NCBI RefSeq assembly: GCF_947501415.1
Contig: NZ_CANMVL010000022.1
Location: 2,873-66,872, forward strand
Length of the DNA: 64,000 nucleotides
Direction of reading: 5' to 3'
Source: an uncultured Halomonas sp.
GTDB taxonomy: Bacteria > Pseudomonadota > Gammaproteobacteria > Pseudomonadales > Halomonadaceae
Below the pieces are notes generated by a model. The model saw only the letters and a list, made by a program, of their open reading frames with translations. It was not told the origin of the DNA and ran no database searches. Positions 8,586 to 17,879 of this stretch are shown here, in pieces (positions within the stretch are counted from its first letter, which is position 1; the number at the start of each line of letters is the position of its first letter). The position numbers and the translations under genes were made by a program.

Positions 8586-9239
8586 CTATTTGTGATCGCT
8601 CTTGCGCACCAGATAATCCCCCAGGCTCTGAAAGCCCTGCACCATGACGACCAGGATCGCCACGGTAATCAGCATGATGGTGGGGTTGAAGCGATTGTAG
8701 CCGTAGCGGATACCCAGGTCGCCCAGGCCGCCGCCGCCAACGGCACCGGCCATGGCCGAGTAGCTCACCAGGGTCACGATGGTAACGGTAAGGGCGGTGA
8801 AGATGCCGCCCCTGGCCTCCGGTAGCAGTACCTTGTGGATGATCTGCCAGGGGGTGGCGCCCATCGACTGGGCGGCCTCGACCAGGCCTGGGTTGATCTC
8901 GTTGAGCGCACCCTCCACCAGGCGTGCGATAAAGGGGATGGCGGCGATGGTCAGTGGCACCGCGGCGGCGTTGGTGCCGATGGAGGTGCCAACGAGCATG
9001 CGCGTGAAGGGGATGATCGCCACCATCAGAATGATAAAGGGGATGGAGCGGCCGATATTGGTGATAATGCCCAGTGCATTATTGAGCACCGGCTGGGCCA
9101 GTACCTGGCCAGGACGGGTGACATATAGCAGCACTCCCAGCGGGATGCCCGCCAGAGCCGAGATCACCCCCGAGATGCCCACCATATAGAGGGTGTCGAG
9201 TGTTGCCTTGAGAATCAGTTCAAGCATCGCGCTGGACAT
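8586..9239 (-). CDS. metI: Methionine ABC transporter permease
   Basis: TLDTLYMV, NIGRSIPFIIL, EAAQSMGA and GAVGGGGLGDLGIRYGYNRF. Confidence 0.95.
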   Translation of the reverse strand: MSSAMLELILKATLDTLYMVGISGVISALAGIPLGVLLYVTRPGQVLAQPVLNNALGIITNIGRSIPFIILMVAIIPFTRMLVGTSIGTNAAAVPLTIAAIPFIARLVEGALNEINPGLVEAAQSMGATPWQIIHKVLLPEARGGIFTALTVTIVTLVSYSAMAGAVGGGGLGDLGIRYGYNRFNPTIMLITVAILVVMVQGFQSLGDYLVRKSDHK

Positions 9240-10281
9240 GGCCGAGCACCTCCACCTGCAGGTCGTGGGATTCGAGATAGTCGAGGGCCTCGCGGGTCTT
9301 GGCCGCGGGACCCATGAGTTCGGCGATCATCAGGCCCAGGGTGCGCTCCTGGATCGATTCCACCTTGGCCTGAAGGATACTGACGTCGACGCCGCACTCC
9401 CTGGCCAGGCGTGATACCAGCGGCGCGGCCACGGCATCGCCACGGAAGGCCAGTCGCACCACAGGATGAGTGTGCGGGCCCGGTGACTCTTCGAGGCGCT
9501 CGATGAGGGCGCGGGGGGGCTCCAGCTTGAGAAAGTCATTGAGGAACTCACGCCCCAGACGCGTGTTGGGTGAGGTGAAGAAGTCGCCCACCTCGGCCTC
9601 TTCCACCAGCTCGCCGTCGGAGATCAGGCTGACCCGATGGCAGATCGACTTGACCACCTCCATCTCATGGGTAATCAGCAGGATGGTCAGGCCGAGCTGC
9701 TGGTTGATATCGCGCAGCAGGGCGAGGATCGAACCGGTGGTCTGGGGGTCGAGGGCCGAGGTCGCCTCGTCGCACAACAGCACCTTGGGGCGGCTGGCCA
9801 GCGCGCGAGCGATGGCCACACGCTGCTTCTGGCCACCGGAGAGCTGGGCCGGGTACTGGCTGGCCTTGTCGGCGAGGCCGACCAGCTCCAGCAGGGGGGT
9901 GACGCGGCTGCGGATCTCGGCCCGCGGCATGCCCATCAGCTCCAGAGGCAGGGCGACGTTGGCGAAGACCGTGCGATTGGTCAGCAGGTTGAAGTGCTGA
10001 AAGATCATGCCCATGCCGTGCCGCGCCTGGTTGAGCGCCTGGCGCGACAGGCCGGTGAGCTCCCGCCCATCGACGGTGACGGTGCCTGTGGTGGGGCGCT
10101 CGAGAAGGTTGACGCAGCGGATCAGCGTCGACTTGCCGGCCCCGGAGAGGCCGATCACACCATGGATCTGGCCCGCGGGCACGTGGAAGTCGACCTGCTT
10201 GAGTGCCTGGACGCTTCGGGCGACGCCATCACGGCGTCCCTTGAGCTGGTAGGTCTTGGAAACGTTGTGGAGTCGGATCAT
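9220..10281 (-). CDS. metN: Methionine ABC transporter ATP-binding protein
   Basis: [53 protein letters not shown] and C-terminal NIL domain. Start moved to MIRLHNV. Confidence 0.95.
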   Translation of the reverse strand: MIRLHNVSKTYQLKGRRDGVARSVQALKQVDFHVPAGQIHGVIGLSGAGKSTLIRCVNLLERPTTGTVTVDGRELTGLSRQALNQARHGMGMIFQHFNLLTNRTVFANVALPLELMGMPRAEIRSRVTPLLELVGLADKASQYPAQLSGGQKQRVAIARALASRPKVLLCDEATSALDPQTTGSILALLRDINQQLGLTILLITHEMEVVKSICHRVSLISDGELVEEAEVGDFFTSPNTRLGREFLNDFLKLEPPRALIERLEESPGPHTHPVVRLAFRGDAVAAPLVSRLARECGVDVSILQAKVESIQERTLGLMIAELMGPAAKTREALDYLESHDLQVEVLGHVQRDA

Positions 10282-10328
10282 GGATGCCACCGCTGGGGGC
10301 GCCGAGGCGGGCGGTGCAGGATGGGGGC

Positions 10329-10355
10329 AAAAAAAGGCCACCCTGGCGGGTGGCC
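10329..10355 (-). terminator. Intrinsic terminator in the metN leader
   Basis: Minus strand reads GGCCACCC-GCCA-GGGTGGCC-TTTTTTT, upstream of the metN start. Confidence 0.85.
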
Positions 10356-10371
10356 ATCAACGCTGGACACA

Positions 10372-10444
10372 CCCTTTTAGCTGCACTTCACGGCTTGATC
10401 GAGTCATGCCGCGGGCGCCCGCAAGCCGGGTTCAAATCGGCGCC
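10372..10444 (-). ncRNA. SAM-II class riboswitch aptamer (long-loop variant)
   Basis: Minus strand reads GGCGCCGAUUUGAACCCGGCUUGCGGGCGCC...AAGUGCAGCUAAAAGGG. This matches the SAM-II hallmarks (P1 stem, GAUUU, UUGC, UGYAGCUAAAA-GGG tail) and lies in the leader of methionine transport genes. Confidence 0.8.
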
Positions 10445-10461
10445 ATTCAATGTAGCCGGCA

Positions 10462-10490
10462 AGGATAGGGGGCGGCCGGGGACCTGTCAA
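10462..10490 (-). promoter_or_regulatory. Sigma70 promoter of metNIQ
   Basis: Minus strand TTGACA, 17-bp spacer, TATCCT, just upstream of the aptamer. Confidence 0.75.
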
Positions 10491-10666
10491 TCCTGCCGCA
10501 TGGCTTCCTGCTGGATGGCGCCTTGCGCCATAACATGCTTTGTCGATGACCTGTTTTCCAGTGGATATTGTGGAACTGCACGGCGATGGACGGGGAGGGG
10601 GAGAATTTCCTACACTCATGCCTCTTTCCGCCCCGGTCCGGGGGCGCCAGCAGCCAAGGAGACGCC

Positions 10667-11299
10667 ATGTTCACTGGCATCGTGCAGGGCACCGCCGAGG
10701 TGGTGGCCATCCAGGAGGCCGAGGCCTTCCGAACCCATGTCGTCCTGCTGCCGGAAGCGCTGCGCAGTGGGCTGGAGATCGGCGCCTCGGTGGCCCATAA
10801 CGGGGTCTGCCTGACGGTAACCGCCATCGCCGAAGAGGGGGTGAGCTTCGATCTGATGCGCGAGACGATGCGGGTCACCAATCTCGGCACCCTGGCGGTG
10901 GGGGATCGCGTCAATATCGAGCGGGCCGCGCGCTTCGGCGACGAGATCGGTGGCCACGCGATGTCGGGACATATCATGGCGCAGGCCGAGCTAGTCGAGC
11001 TCGATGAGGCGCCCAACAACCGCCGGCTATGGTTCGAGCTGCCGCATGCCCTGGGACGCTTCCTTTTCGACAAGGGCTATATCGGCGTGGATGGGGCGAG
11101 CCTCACCATCGGCGAGGTACGCCAGGCCACCGGCAGGCAGGGGCCGCGCTTCTGCGTCGACCTGATTCCCGAGACCCTGCAGCGCACCACCCTGGGGGAG
11201 CGTATGCCGGGTGACCGGGTCAATATCGAGATCGACCCCCAGACCCAGGCGATCGTCGAGACGGTCGAGCGGGTGCTGGCGACAAGGGATACCCAGTAG
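10667..11299 (+). CDS. ribC: Riboflavin synthase (alpha chain)
   Basis: Canonical MFTGIV N-terminus (AAGGAG SD), [19 protein letters not shown] and [11 protein letters not shown]. Confidence 0.95.
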   Translation: MFTGIVQGTAEVVAIQEAEAFRTHVVLLPEALRSGLEIGASVAHNGVCLTVTAIAEEGVSFDLMRETMRVTNLGTLAVGDRVNIERAARFGDEIGGHAMSGHIMAQAELVELDEAPNNRRLWFELPHALGRFLFDKGYIGVDGASLTIGEVRQATGRQGPRFCVDLIPETLQRTTLGERMPGDRVNIEIDPQTQAIVETVERVLATRDTQ

Positions 11300-11483
11300 C
11301 GACGTCGAGAGGACGTTGGTGGACGGATTGGCGATTGGCCCATGAGTTGCTTATACAGAGTGCAGGATTGAAGACCGCCGAATAGGCGGTCGCCTCGCAT
11401 CAACGGTGGGCTTTGGGTACCATGTGCCGCTTTTCCCGCCCCCCGGAACTCCCATACCGTCCACGCGCGCAGGAACGAGCCCC

Positions 11484-12785
11484 ATGAAGAGCCTGATAGA
11501 CAAGCATTTCAAGCTAGCCGAGCACGGCACCAGCATCAAGACCGAGGTCATCGCGGGAATCACCACCTTCCTGACGATGGCCTATATCATCTTCGTCAAC
11601 CCCAGCATCCTCTCCGAGGCCGGGATGGATTATGGTGCGGTCTTCGTGGCGACCTGCCTGGCCGCGGCACTGGGCTGTCTGGTGATGGGACTGTGGGCCA
11701 ACTATCCCATCGCCCAGGCGCCGGGCATGGGGCTCAACGCCTTCTTCACCTACGGTGTGGTGCTCGGCATGGGCTACACCTGGGAGGCGGCCCTGGGGGC
11801 GGTGTTCTTCTCGGGGTTCATCTTCCTGCTGCTCAGCATCTTCCGGGTGCGTGAGTGGATCATCAACTCGATTCCGCTCTCGCTGCGTCTTGGCATCGCG
11901 GCCGGTATCGGCCTGTTCCTGGCGATGATCGCCATGAAGAATGCCGGCATCGTGGTCGCCAATCCGGCCACCTACGTGTCGGTGGGGGACCTCTCCGAGC
12001 CCTCGGCACTATATGCCTTGCTGGGCTTCTTCGTGATAACCGCTCTCGCCTACATGCGCGTCACCGGCGCGGTGATGATCGGCATCCTCGGTATCACCGT
12101 GCTCTCCATGCTGCTGGGGCATAACGAGTATGGTGGCCTGATGTCCATGCCGCCCTCCATCCTGCCCACCTTCATGGCGCTGGACCTGGCCGGGGCGCTG
12201 GATATCGCCATGCTGAGCGTGATCTTCGCCTTCCTGTTCGTCGACCTCTTCGACACCTCCGGCACCCTGATCGGCGTGGCCCACAAGGGGGGACTGCTGG
12301 ACAAGGAGGGCAAGCTGCCGCGCATCGGTCGCGCCATGATGGCCGACAGTACGGCCTCCATGGCCGGCTCCGTGCTGGGCACTTCCACCACCACCAGTTA
12401 TGTGGAGTCCACCGCCGGCATCGTCTCGGGCGGGCGCACCGGCCTCACCGCCGTGGTGGTGGCCGTGCTGTTCCTGATCAGCCTGTTCTTCGCCCCGCTG
12501 GCGGGTTCCATCCCGGCCTATGCCACCGCCGGTGCACTGCTCTATGTGGCGGTGTTGATGGCCAGCAGCCTGGCTCACGCCAACTGGGATGATCCCACGG
12601 ATGCCGCGCCGGTGTTGATCGCTGCCCTGGCCATGCCGCTGACCTTCTCCATCGCGGAAGGGATTGCGCTGGGCTTCATCAGCTTCGTTGCCATCAAGGC
12701 GCTGTCGGGCCGCTTCCGCGATCTCAACCCCGCGGTGATCGTGCTGGCCCTGCTGTTTGCCGCCAAGTTCCTGTTCCTCGACTGA
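11484..12785 (+). CDS. NCS2/AzgA-family purine nucleobase permease
   Basis: [44 protein letters not shown] and [15 protein letters not shown]. Start moved to MKSLID. Confidence 0.93.
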   Translation: MKSLIDKHFKLAEHGTSIKTEVIAGITTFLTMAYIIFVNPSILSEAGMDYGAVFVATCLAAALGCLVMGLWANYPIAQAPGMGLNAFFTYGVVLGMGYTWEAALGAVFFSGFIFLLLSIFRVREWIINSIPLSLRLGIAAGIGLFLAMIAMKNAGIVVANPATYVSVGDLSEPSALYALLGFFVITALAYMRVTGAVMIGILGITVLSMLLGHNEYGGLMSMPPSILPTFMALDLAGALDIAMLSVIFAFLFVDLFDTSGTLIGVAHKGGLLDKEGKLPRIGRAMMADSTASMAGSVLGTSTTTSYVESTAGIVSGGRTGLTAVVVAVLFLISLFFAPLAGSIPAYATAGALLYVAVLMASSLAHANWDDPTDAAPVLIAALAMPLTFSIAEGIALGFISFVAIKALSGRFRDLNPAVIVLALLFAAKFLFLD

Positions 12786-12811
12786 ACGAACACTCACTAC
12801 CGAGAACCGTC

Positions 12812-13357
12812 ATGAGCATCTACGGCGACTATATCAAGTCCGTCATTCGCACCGTTCCCGACTGGCCCAACCCAGGGGTGAACTTCCGCGATATCACCCC
12901 GCTGCTGCAGAACAGTGCGGCCTTTCGCAAACTGATCGACAGTTTCGTGCATCGCTACCAGGAGATGGATATCGATGCCGTGGCGGCCATCGATGCACGC
13001 GGTTTCATCGTCGGTGCACCGCTGGCCTATGAGCTGGGATGCAGCTTCGTGCCGGTGCGCAAGAAGGGCAAGCTGCCGTTTCGTACCATCAGCGAGACCT
13101 ATACCCTGGAGTACGGCGAGGCCGAGGTGGAGCTACACTCCGACGCCTTTCAGAGCGGTGATCGCATCCTGATCGTCGATGATCTGATCGCTACCGGCGG
13201 TACCATGCTGGCCGCGGCCAAGCTGATCAGCCGCAGCGGTGGCCAGGTGGTGGAGACCGCCACCATCGTCGATCTGCCTGATCTCGGTGGGTCGCAGCGC
13301 ATCCGCGAGGCCAAGTACAGCGTCTTCGCCGTCTGCTCCTTCACCGAGGACGAGTAA
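12812..13357 (+). CDS. apt: Adenine phosphoribosyltransferase
   Basis: [31 protein letters not shown] and [15 protein letters not shown] motif. Confidence 0.97.
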   Translation: MSIYGDYIKSVIRTVPDWPNPGVNFRDITPLLQNSAAFRKLIDSFVHRYQEMDIDAVAAIDARGFIVGAPLAYELGCSFVPVRKKGKLPFRTISETYTLEYGEAEVELHSDAFQSGDRILIVDDLIATGGTMLAAAKLISRSGGQVVETATIVDLPDLGGSQRIREAKYSVFAVCSFTEDE

Positions 13358-13361
13358 CGTC

Positions 13362-13841
13362 ATGAGCACCAACCGCTACCACCAACACTTCACCGTCTCC
13401 TGGGATCAGCTGCACCGCGACGTGCGCGAGCTCTGCCGCCGCCTGGTGGAGCGCGACTTCAAGGGAGTCATCGCCATCACGCGCGGCGGCCTGATTCCCG
13501 CGGCGCTGATTGCTCGCGAGCTCAATGTTCGCGTGATCGACACCGTCTGCATCAAGAGCTACGACCATATGGAGCAGGGCGGACTCGATGTCCTGAAGGG
13601 GGTCGACCATGATGGCGACGGCTGGCTGCTGGTCGATGACCTGGTGGATACCGGCAAGACCGCACGCAAGGTGCGCGAGATGCTGCCGCGTGCGCACTTC
13701 GTGACCGTCTACGCCAAGCCCGAGGGCAAGCCCCTGGTCGACCAGTATCTGACCGAGGTGGCTCAGGAGTGCTGGATCCAGTTCCCATGGGATATGGGGG
13801 TGGCCTATGTCGAGCCGCTGGCCGATCAGGTCAAGCGCTAA
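13362..13841 (+). CDS. gpt: Xanthine-guanine phosphoribosyltransferase
   Basis: [31 protein letters not shown] and WIQFPWD. Confidence 0.95.
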   Translation: MSTNRYHQHFTVSWDQLHRDVRELCRRLVERDFKGVIAITRGGLIPAALIARELNVRVIDTVCIKSYDHMEQGGLDVLKGVDHDGDGWLLVDDLVDTGKTARKVREMLPRAHFVTVYAKPEGKPLVDQYLTEVAQECWIQFPWDMGVAYVEPLADQVKR

Positions 13842-13858
13842 GGCGAGGAGGGCCGGGG

Positions 13859-14557
13859 ATGGCTGCACCGTTACCCGCCAGCTGGCAGCAGTGGCTCGAA
13901 GAGGAGTTTCAGGCGCCCTACATGCAGGCGCTGCGCGATTTTCTGGCCGCCGAGAAGGCGGCCAGGAAGGTGATCTACCCGCACTCTTCGGAGTGGTTTC
14001 GAGCCTTTGAGCTGACACCGCTGGAGAGGGTCAAGGTCGTGATCCTCGGCCAGGACCCCTATCACGGCCCCGGTCAGGCTCATGGACTTTGCTTCTCGGT
14101 GAAGCCTGGCGTGCGCACGCCGCCCTCCCTTGTCAATATCTACAAGGAGCTCGAGGCAGACGTCGGCTTCACGCCTGTGTCCCACGGTAACCTGGAGCAT
14201 TGGGCGCGCCAGGGCGTGCTGTTGCTCAACACCTCGTTGACGGTGGAGCAGGGCTGCGCCGGCTCGCATCGGGGACGTGGCTGGGAGGCCTTCACCGATC
14301 GTGCGATTGAAACGGTCAGTGCCCACGCCGAGCCCTCGGTATTCCTGCTGTGGGGCAGCCATGCCCGTCAGAAGAGAACGCTGGTGGACCGCTCGCGCCA
14401 TCTGGTGCTGGAGTCACCACACCCTTCGCCGCTCTCGGCCTACCGCGGCTTCTTCGGCAACCATCACTTCTCCCGGGCCAATGCGTTTCTCGCCGAACAC
14501 GGTCGTGAGCCGATCGACTGGCAGCTACCCGAGCGCATCGATGAGAGTACGCCTTAA
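13859..14557 (+). CDS. ung: Uracil-DNA glycosylase, family 1
   Basis: [31 protein letters not shown] and [13 protein letters not shown]. Confidence 0.97.
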   Translation: MAAPLPASWQQWLEEEFQAPYMQALRDFLAAEKAARKVIYPHSSEWFRAFELTPLERVKVVILGQDPYHGPGQAHGLCFSVKPGVRTPPSLVNIYKELEADVGFTPVSHGNLEHWARQGVLLLNTSLTVEQGCAGSHRGRGWEAFTDRAIETVSAHAEPSVFLLWGSHARQKRTLVDRSRHLVLESPHPSPLSAYRGFFGNHHFSRANAFLAEHGREPIDWQLPERIDESTP

Positions 14558-14673
14558 CCTCAACGCAGGATGCGAGTAGAATGGCGCGCAATTTGTCGCC
14601 CGGGTCCATGCGACCAAGGTCGACGGGTTCCGCCGCCTGCAACTCCCGCTGTACTACCTAAGAGGTCCCGCCC

Positions 14674-15303
14674 ATGAGCGTCCATGCCATCCAGCACCCC
14701 CTGGTCCAGCACAAGCTGGGCCTGATGCGTGAAGCCGGTATCAGCACCAAGAGCTTTCGTGAACTGGCCGGTGAACTGGCCAAGCTGCTCACCTATGAGG
14801 CGACCCAGGATCTGGAGCTTCAGACCCAGGATATCGATGGCTGGAGTGGTGAGAAGATCCCGGTTCAACTGCTCAAGGGCAAGAAGGTCACCATCGTGCC
14901 GATCCTGCGTGCCGGTCTGGGTATGCTTGATGGTGTCACCGACCTGATTCCCAGTGCCCGAATCAGCGTGGTAGGCCTCTATCGGGACGAGGAGACCCTC
15001 GAGCCGGTGCCCTATTTCGCCAAGTTCGCCAAGGGGCTCGACGAACGCATGGCCATCGTCATCGACCCCATGCTGGCCACCGGCGGCACCATGGTGGCAA
15101 CGCTGGACATGCTGCGGGAGCGGGGCTGCAAGCATATGAAGGTGATCGTGCTGGTGGCCGCCCCCGAGGGTATCAAGCGGGTACAGGACGCCTACCCCGA
15201 TATCGAGATCTATACCGCCGGGGTGGATGAGCGCCTCGACGAGAACGGCTATATCGTCCCGGGGCTGGGCGATGCCGGTGACAAGATCTTCGGTACTCGT
15301 TGA
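14674..15303 (+). CDS. upp: Uracil phosphoribosyltransferase
   Basis: [28 protein letters not shown] and [16 protein letters not shown]. Confidence 0.98.
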   Translation: MSVHAIQHPLVQHKLGLMREAGISTKSFRELAGELAKLLTYEATQDLELQTQDIDGWSGEKIPVQLLKGKKVTIVPILRAGLGMLDGVTDLIPSARISVVGLYRDEETLEPVPYFAKFAKGLDERMAIVIDPMLATGGTMVATLDMLRERGCKHMKVIVLVAAPEGIKRVQDAYPDIEIYTAGVDERLDENGYIVPGLGDAGDKIFGTR

Positions 15304-15402
15304 ACGGCCTTACGTCTCTACCGAGTTACCCCTGATGCCGACACCCGTTACCCGGCTGTGGTAGCGGGCGTCGTGTGTGTCGCTTCCCGCCTATTGTGCT
15401 TC

Positions 15403-15436
15403 GCTACGTTCCCGATGCTGCTACGTTCTCGATGCT
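15403..15436. repeat. 17-bp tandem duplication upstream of the glycerol ABC operator
   Basis: GCTACGTTCCCGATGCT followed by GCTACGTTCTCGATGCT (1 mismatch). Confidence 0.85.
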
Positions 15437-15441
15437 GCGAA

Positions 15442-15459
15442 ATGTTCGTTTTCGATCAT
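15442..15459. promoter_or_regulatory. GlpR-type operator upstream of the glycerol ABC operon
   Basis: ATGTTCGTTTTCGATCAT, an imperfect palindrome 16/18 identical to the glpK/glpR site. Confidence 0.75.
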
Positions 15460-15688
15460 GTCGCGAAATCGACGGCCCCGCCTTTTATCCTCCAAACGTC
15501 TATTGGACGAAAGTTCAGTAAATAAAAAAAGCATGCACTAACAGAGTGTTCTTTGTGCGTCCTGGCCTACCGGTGGGGCGGTGGCGTCATTTTCGGTTGG
15601 TGACATTTGTGTTTGAAACCGAATTTCGGCTACGTTGTATTCAGCAGACACTGAAAACAATCGATAACAACGAACGGTCGAGATCTGT

Positions 15689-16777
15689 ATGTCATTGATT
15701 TTAGAAAACATCGATCAGGTAATCGGTGGTGCCACTCATATCTCGGGCGTGAACCTGGAGCTCCAGGCGGGCTCGTTCAATGTTCTGTTGGGACGAACGC
15801 TGGCGGGAAAGACCACACTGATGCGGCTGATGGCCGGGCTGGATACGCCTGCCCGGGGTCGCATCCTGATGAACGGCGAAGACGTGACCGGACGCTCTGT
15901 CCGCAAGCGTAACGTCTCGATGGTCTATCAGCAGTTCATCAACTACCCGACCCTCACTGTCTACGACAATATCGCCTCCCCCCTCAGGCTGGCCAAGGTT
16001 GCCACCGCCGAGATCGATCGGCGAGTGAGGGAAGTCGCCGAGATGTTACATATCGAGCACCTTCTCGATCGCCTGCCTCTCGAGCTCTCCGGCGGTCAGC
16101 AGCAACGGACCGCCATGGGGCGAGCGCTGGCGAAGGATGCCGATGTCGTGCTCTTCGATGAGCCGCTGGTCAACCTCGATTACAAGCTACGAGAGGAATT
16201 TCGCGACGAGCTGCGTTCGGTGTTCAGTGAGCGCAACTGTATAGCGGTATATGCCACGACAGAGCCTGGGGAGGCCCTGGCTCTGGGTGGCAATACCGCT
16301 GTCCTGCATGAAGGACGCCTGGTGCAGTATGGCCGGACAGAAGATGTCTATCATCGTCCACGGGACATCCTGGCCGCAGAGCTGTTTTCCGAGCCCCCGA
16401 TCAATATCGTGAAGGGGGTTATCTCTGGCGGGGAGGTGACCTTCGACAAGACGCTGCATTTTCCCATCAATGATGATCTGCGCGGTCTTGCCCCGGGGGA
16501 GTACCGTTTTGGCGTGCGCGCCTCCCATATCTCTCTCCTGCCTCGGGCCGAGAGTGATATCGAGCTGAAGATGACAGTCGACCTGGCGGAGATCAGCGGG
16601 TCCGAGACCTTTCTTCATGTGCACAACGATCTGTATCACATGACGGCGCACCTCGAGGGGGTTCACGAGTTTCGTGTCGATGCGCCCGTGACGCTCTATT
16701 TTCCTACCCACAAGATCTATGCATTCGATCATGAGGGTGCGGTGGTGCATATACCGAGCCACCTGGGAGGAGTCTGA
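15689..16777 (+). CDS. glpS: Glycerol ABC transporter ATP-binding subunit (GlpS-like)
   Basis: CUT1 ATPase with LLGRTLAGKTTLMRLMAGL and LSGGQQQRTAMGRAL. First gene of a two-ATPase, two-permease, DUF2160, binding-protein operon like Rhizobium glpSTPQUV. Confidence 0.8.
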   Translation: MSLILENIDQVIGGATHISGVNLELQAGSFNVLLGRTLAGKTTLMRLMAGLDTPARGRILMNGEDVTGRSVRKRNVSMVYQQFINYPTLTVYDNIASPLRLAKVATAEIDRRVREVAEMLHIEHLLDRLPLELSGGQQQRTAMGRALAKDADVVLFDEPLVNLDYKLREEFRDELRSVFSERNCIAVYATTEPGEALALGGNTAVLHEGRLVQYGRTEDVYHRPRDILAAELFSEPPINIVKGVISGGEVTFDKTLHFPINDDLRGLAPGEYRFGVRASHISLLPRAESDIELKMTVDLAEISGSETFLHVHNDLYHMTAHLEGVHEFRVDAPVTLYFPTHKIYAFDHEGAVVHIPSHLGGV

Positions 16778-16778
16778 C

Positions 16779-17879
16779 ATGGCCGAGATCACCTTGAAGT
16801 CCCTGGCACATACCTACCTTCCTGACCCTCGCTCGCCGGAGGACTACGCCATCCGCGAGATGGACCATGTGTGGCATCAGGGGGGCGCCTATGCCCTCCT
16901 GGGGCCTTCGGGCTGCGGAAAATCGACGCTTCTCAATATTATTTCGGGCTTGCTGGAGCCCTCCAGCGGCGAGGTTCTCTTCGACGGTGAGGTGGTCAAT
17001 GACCTGCCTCCCGAGGCGCGCAATATCGCTCAGGTTTTCCAGTTTCCCGTGGTCTACGACACCATGACGGTCTACGACAACCTGGCCTTTCCACTGCGCA
17101 ACGTGAAGACACCGGCGCAGCGTATCCATGAGCGTGTCATGGAGGTCGCCGATGTGCTGGAGCTTATGCCCCAGCTCAAGCGCAGGGCCAGGAACCTTAC
17201 CGCGGACGAAAAGCAGAAGGTCTCCATGGGTAGGGGGCTTGTGCGAGAAGATGTCTCCGCCATCCTCTTCGACGAGCCGCTCACCGTTATCGACCCACAG
17301 CTCAAGTGGAAGCTGCGTCGCAAGCTGAAGGAGATCCATCAGCGTTTCGAGATCACCATGGTCTACGTGACCCATGACCAGCTCGAGGCCTCTACCTTTG
17401 CCGACAAGATCGCCGTCATGTACGAGGGTCAGGTCGTGCAGTTTGGTACCCCAAGGGAGCTGTTCGAGAGGCCTAACCATACCTTCGTGGGGTACTTCAT
17501 CGGCAGCCCTGGCATGAACTTTCTGGAGGTTGAGGCCAGGGGCGGGAACGTGATGGCCGGAAGCGTCGAGCTGGCGGTCGAGCAGGCCGTCCATGATGCG
17601 GTGGACCATGCCACGTCCACCAACATCAAGCTTGGTATTCGCCCGGAGTTCATCGAGGTGCATGCCGAGCGGGTCGAGGGGGGGATGGAGGCGAGGGTGA
17701 ATCACGTTCAGGACTTCGGGACCTATTCGATCGTCTACCTGACATTGGGCAGGATAGAGCTGAAGGCGCGTATCGAAGAGGATCAGGTTGCGCCGACCGG
17801 CCAGGCCTGGCTGCGCTTTCCCAATGAGCGACTCGGCCTTTACATCGATGAATACCGCGTGGAGGTCGGCCATGAATAA
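16779..17879 (+). CDS. glpT: Glycerol ABC transporter ATP-binding subunit (GlpT-like)
   Basis: GPSGCGKSTLL with a variant signature LTADEKQKVSMGRGLVR. Start at MAEITLK (GGAGGAG SD). Confidence 0.8.
   Translation: MAEITLKSLAHTYLPDPRSPEDYAIREMDHVWHQGGAYALLGPSGCGKSTLLNIISGLLEPSSGEVLFDGEVVNDLPPEARNIAQVFQFPVVYDTMTVYDNLAFPLRNVKTPAQRIHERVMEVADVLELMPQLKRRARNLTADEKQKVSMGRGLVREDVSAILFDEPLTVIDPQLKWKLRRKLKEIHQRFEITMVYVTHDQLEASTFADKIAVMYEGQVVQFGTPRELFERPNHTFVGYFIGSPGMNFLEVEARGGNVMAGSVELAVEQAVHDAVDHATSTNIKLGIRPEFIEVHAERVEGGMEARVNHVQDFGTYSIVYLTLGRIELKARIEEDQVAPTGQAWLRFPNERLGLYIDEYRVEVGHE

Noticed and set aside
10500-10666. FMN riboswitch upstream of riboflavin synthase
   Set aside because: No RFN-element signature seen; the region is short and shared with the divergent metN promoter.
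15480-15688. Sigma54 promoter for the glycerol ABC operon
   Set aside because: The TGGC candidates lack a correctly spaced -12 GC.
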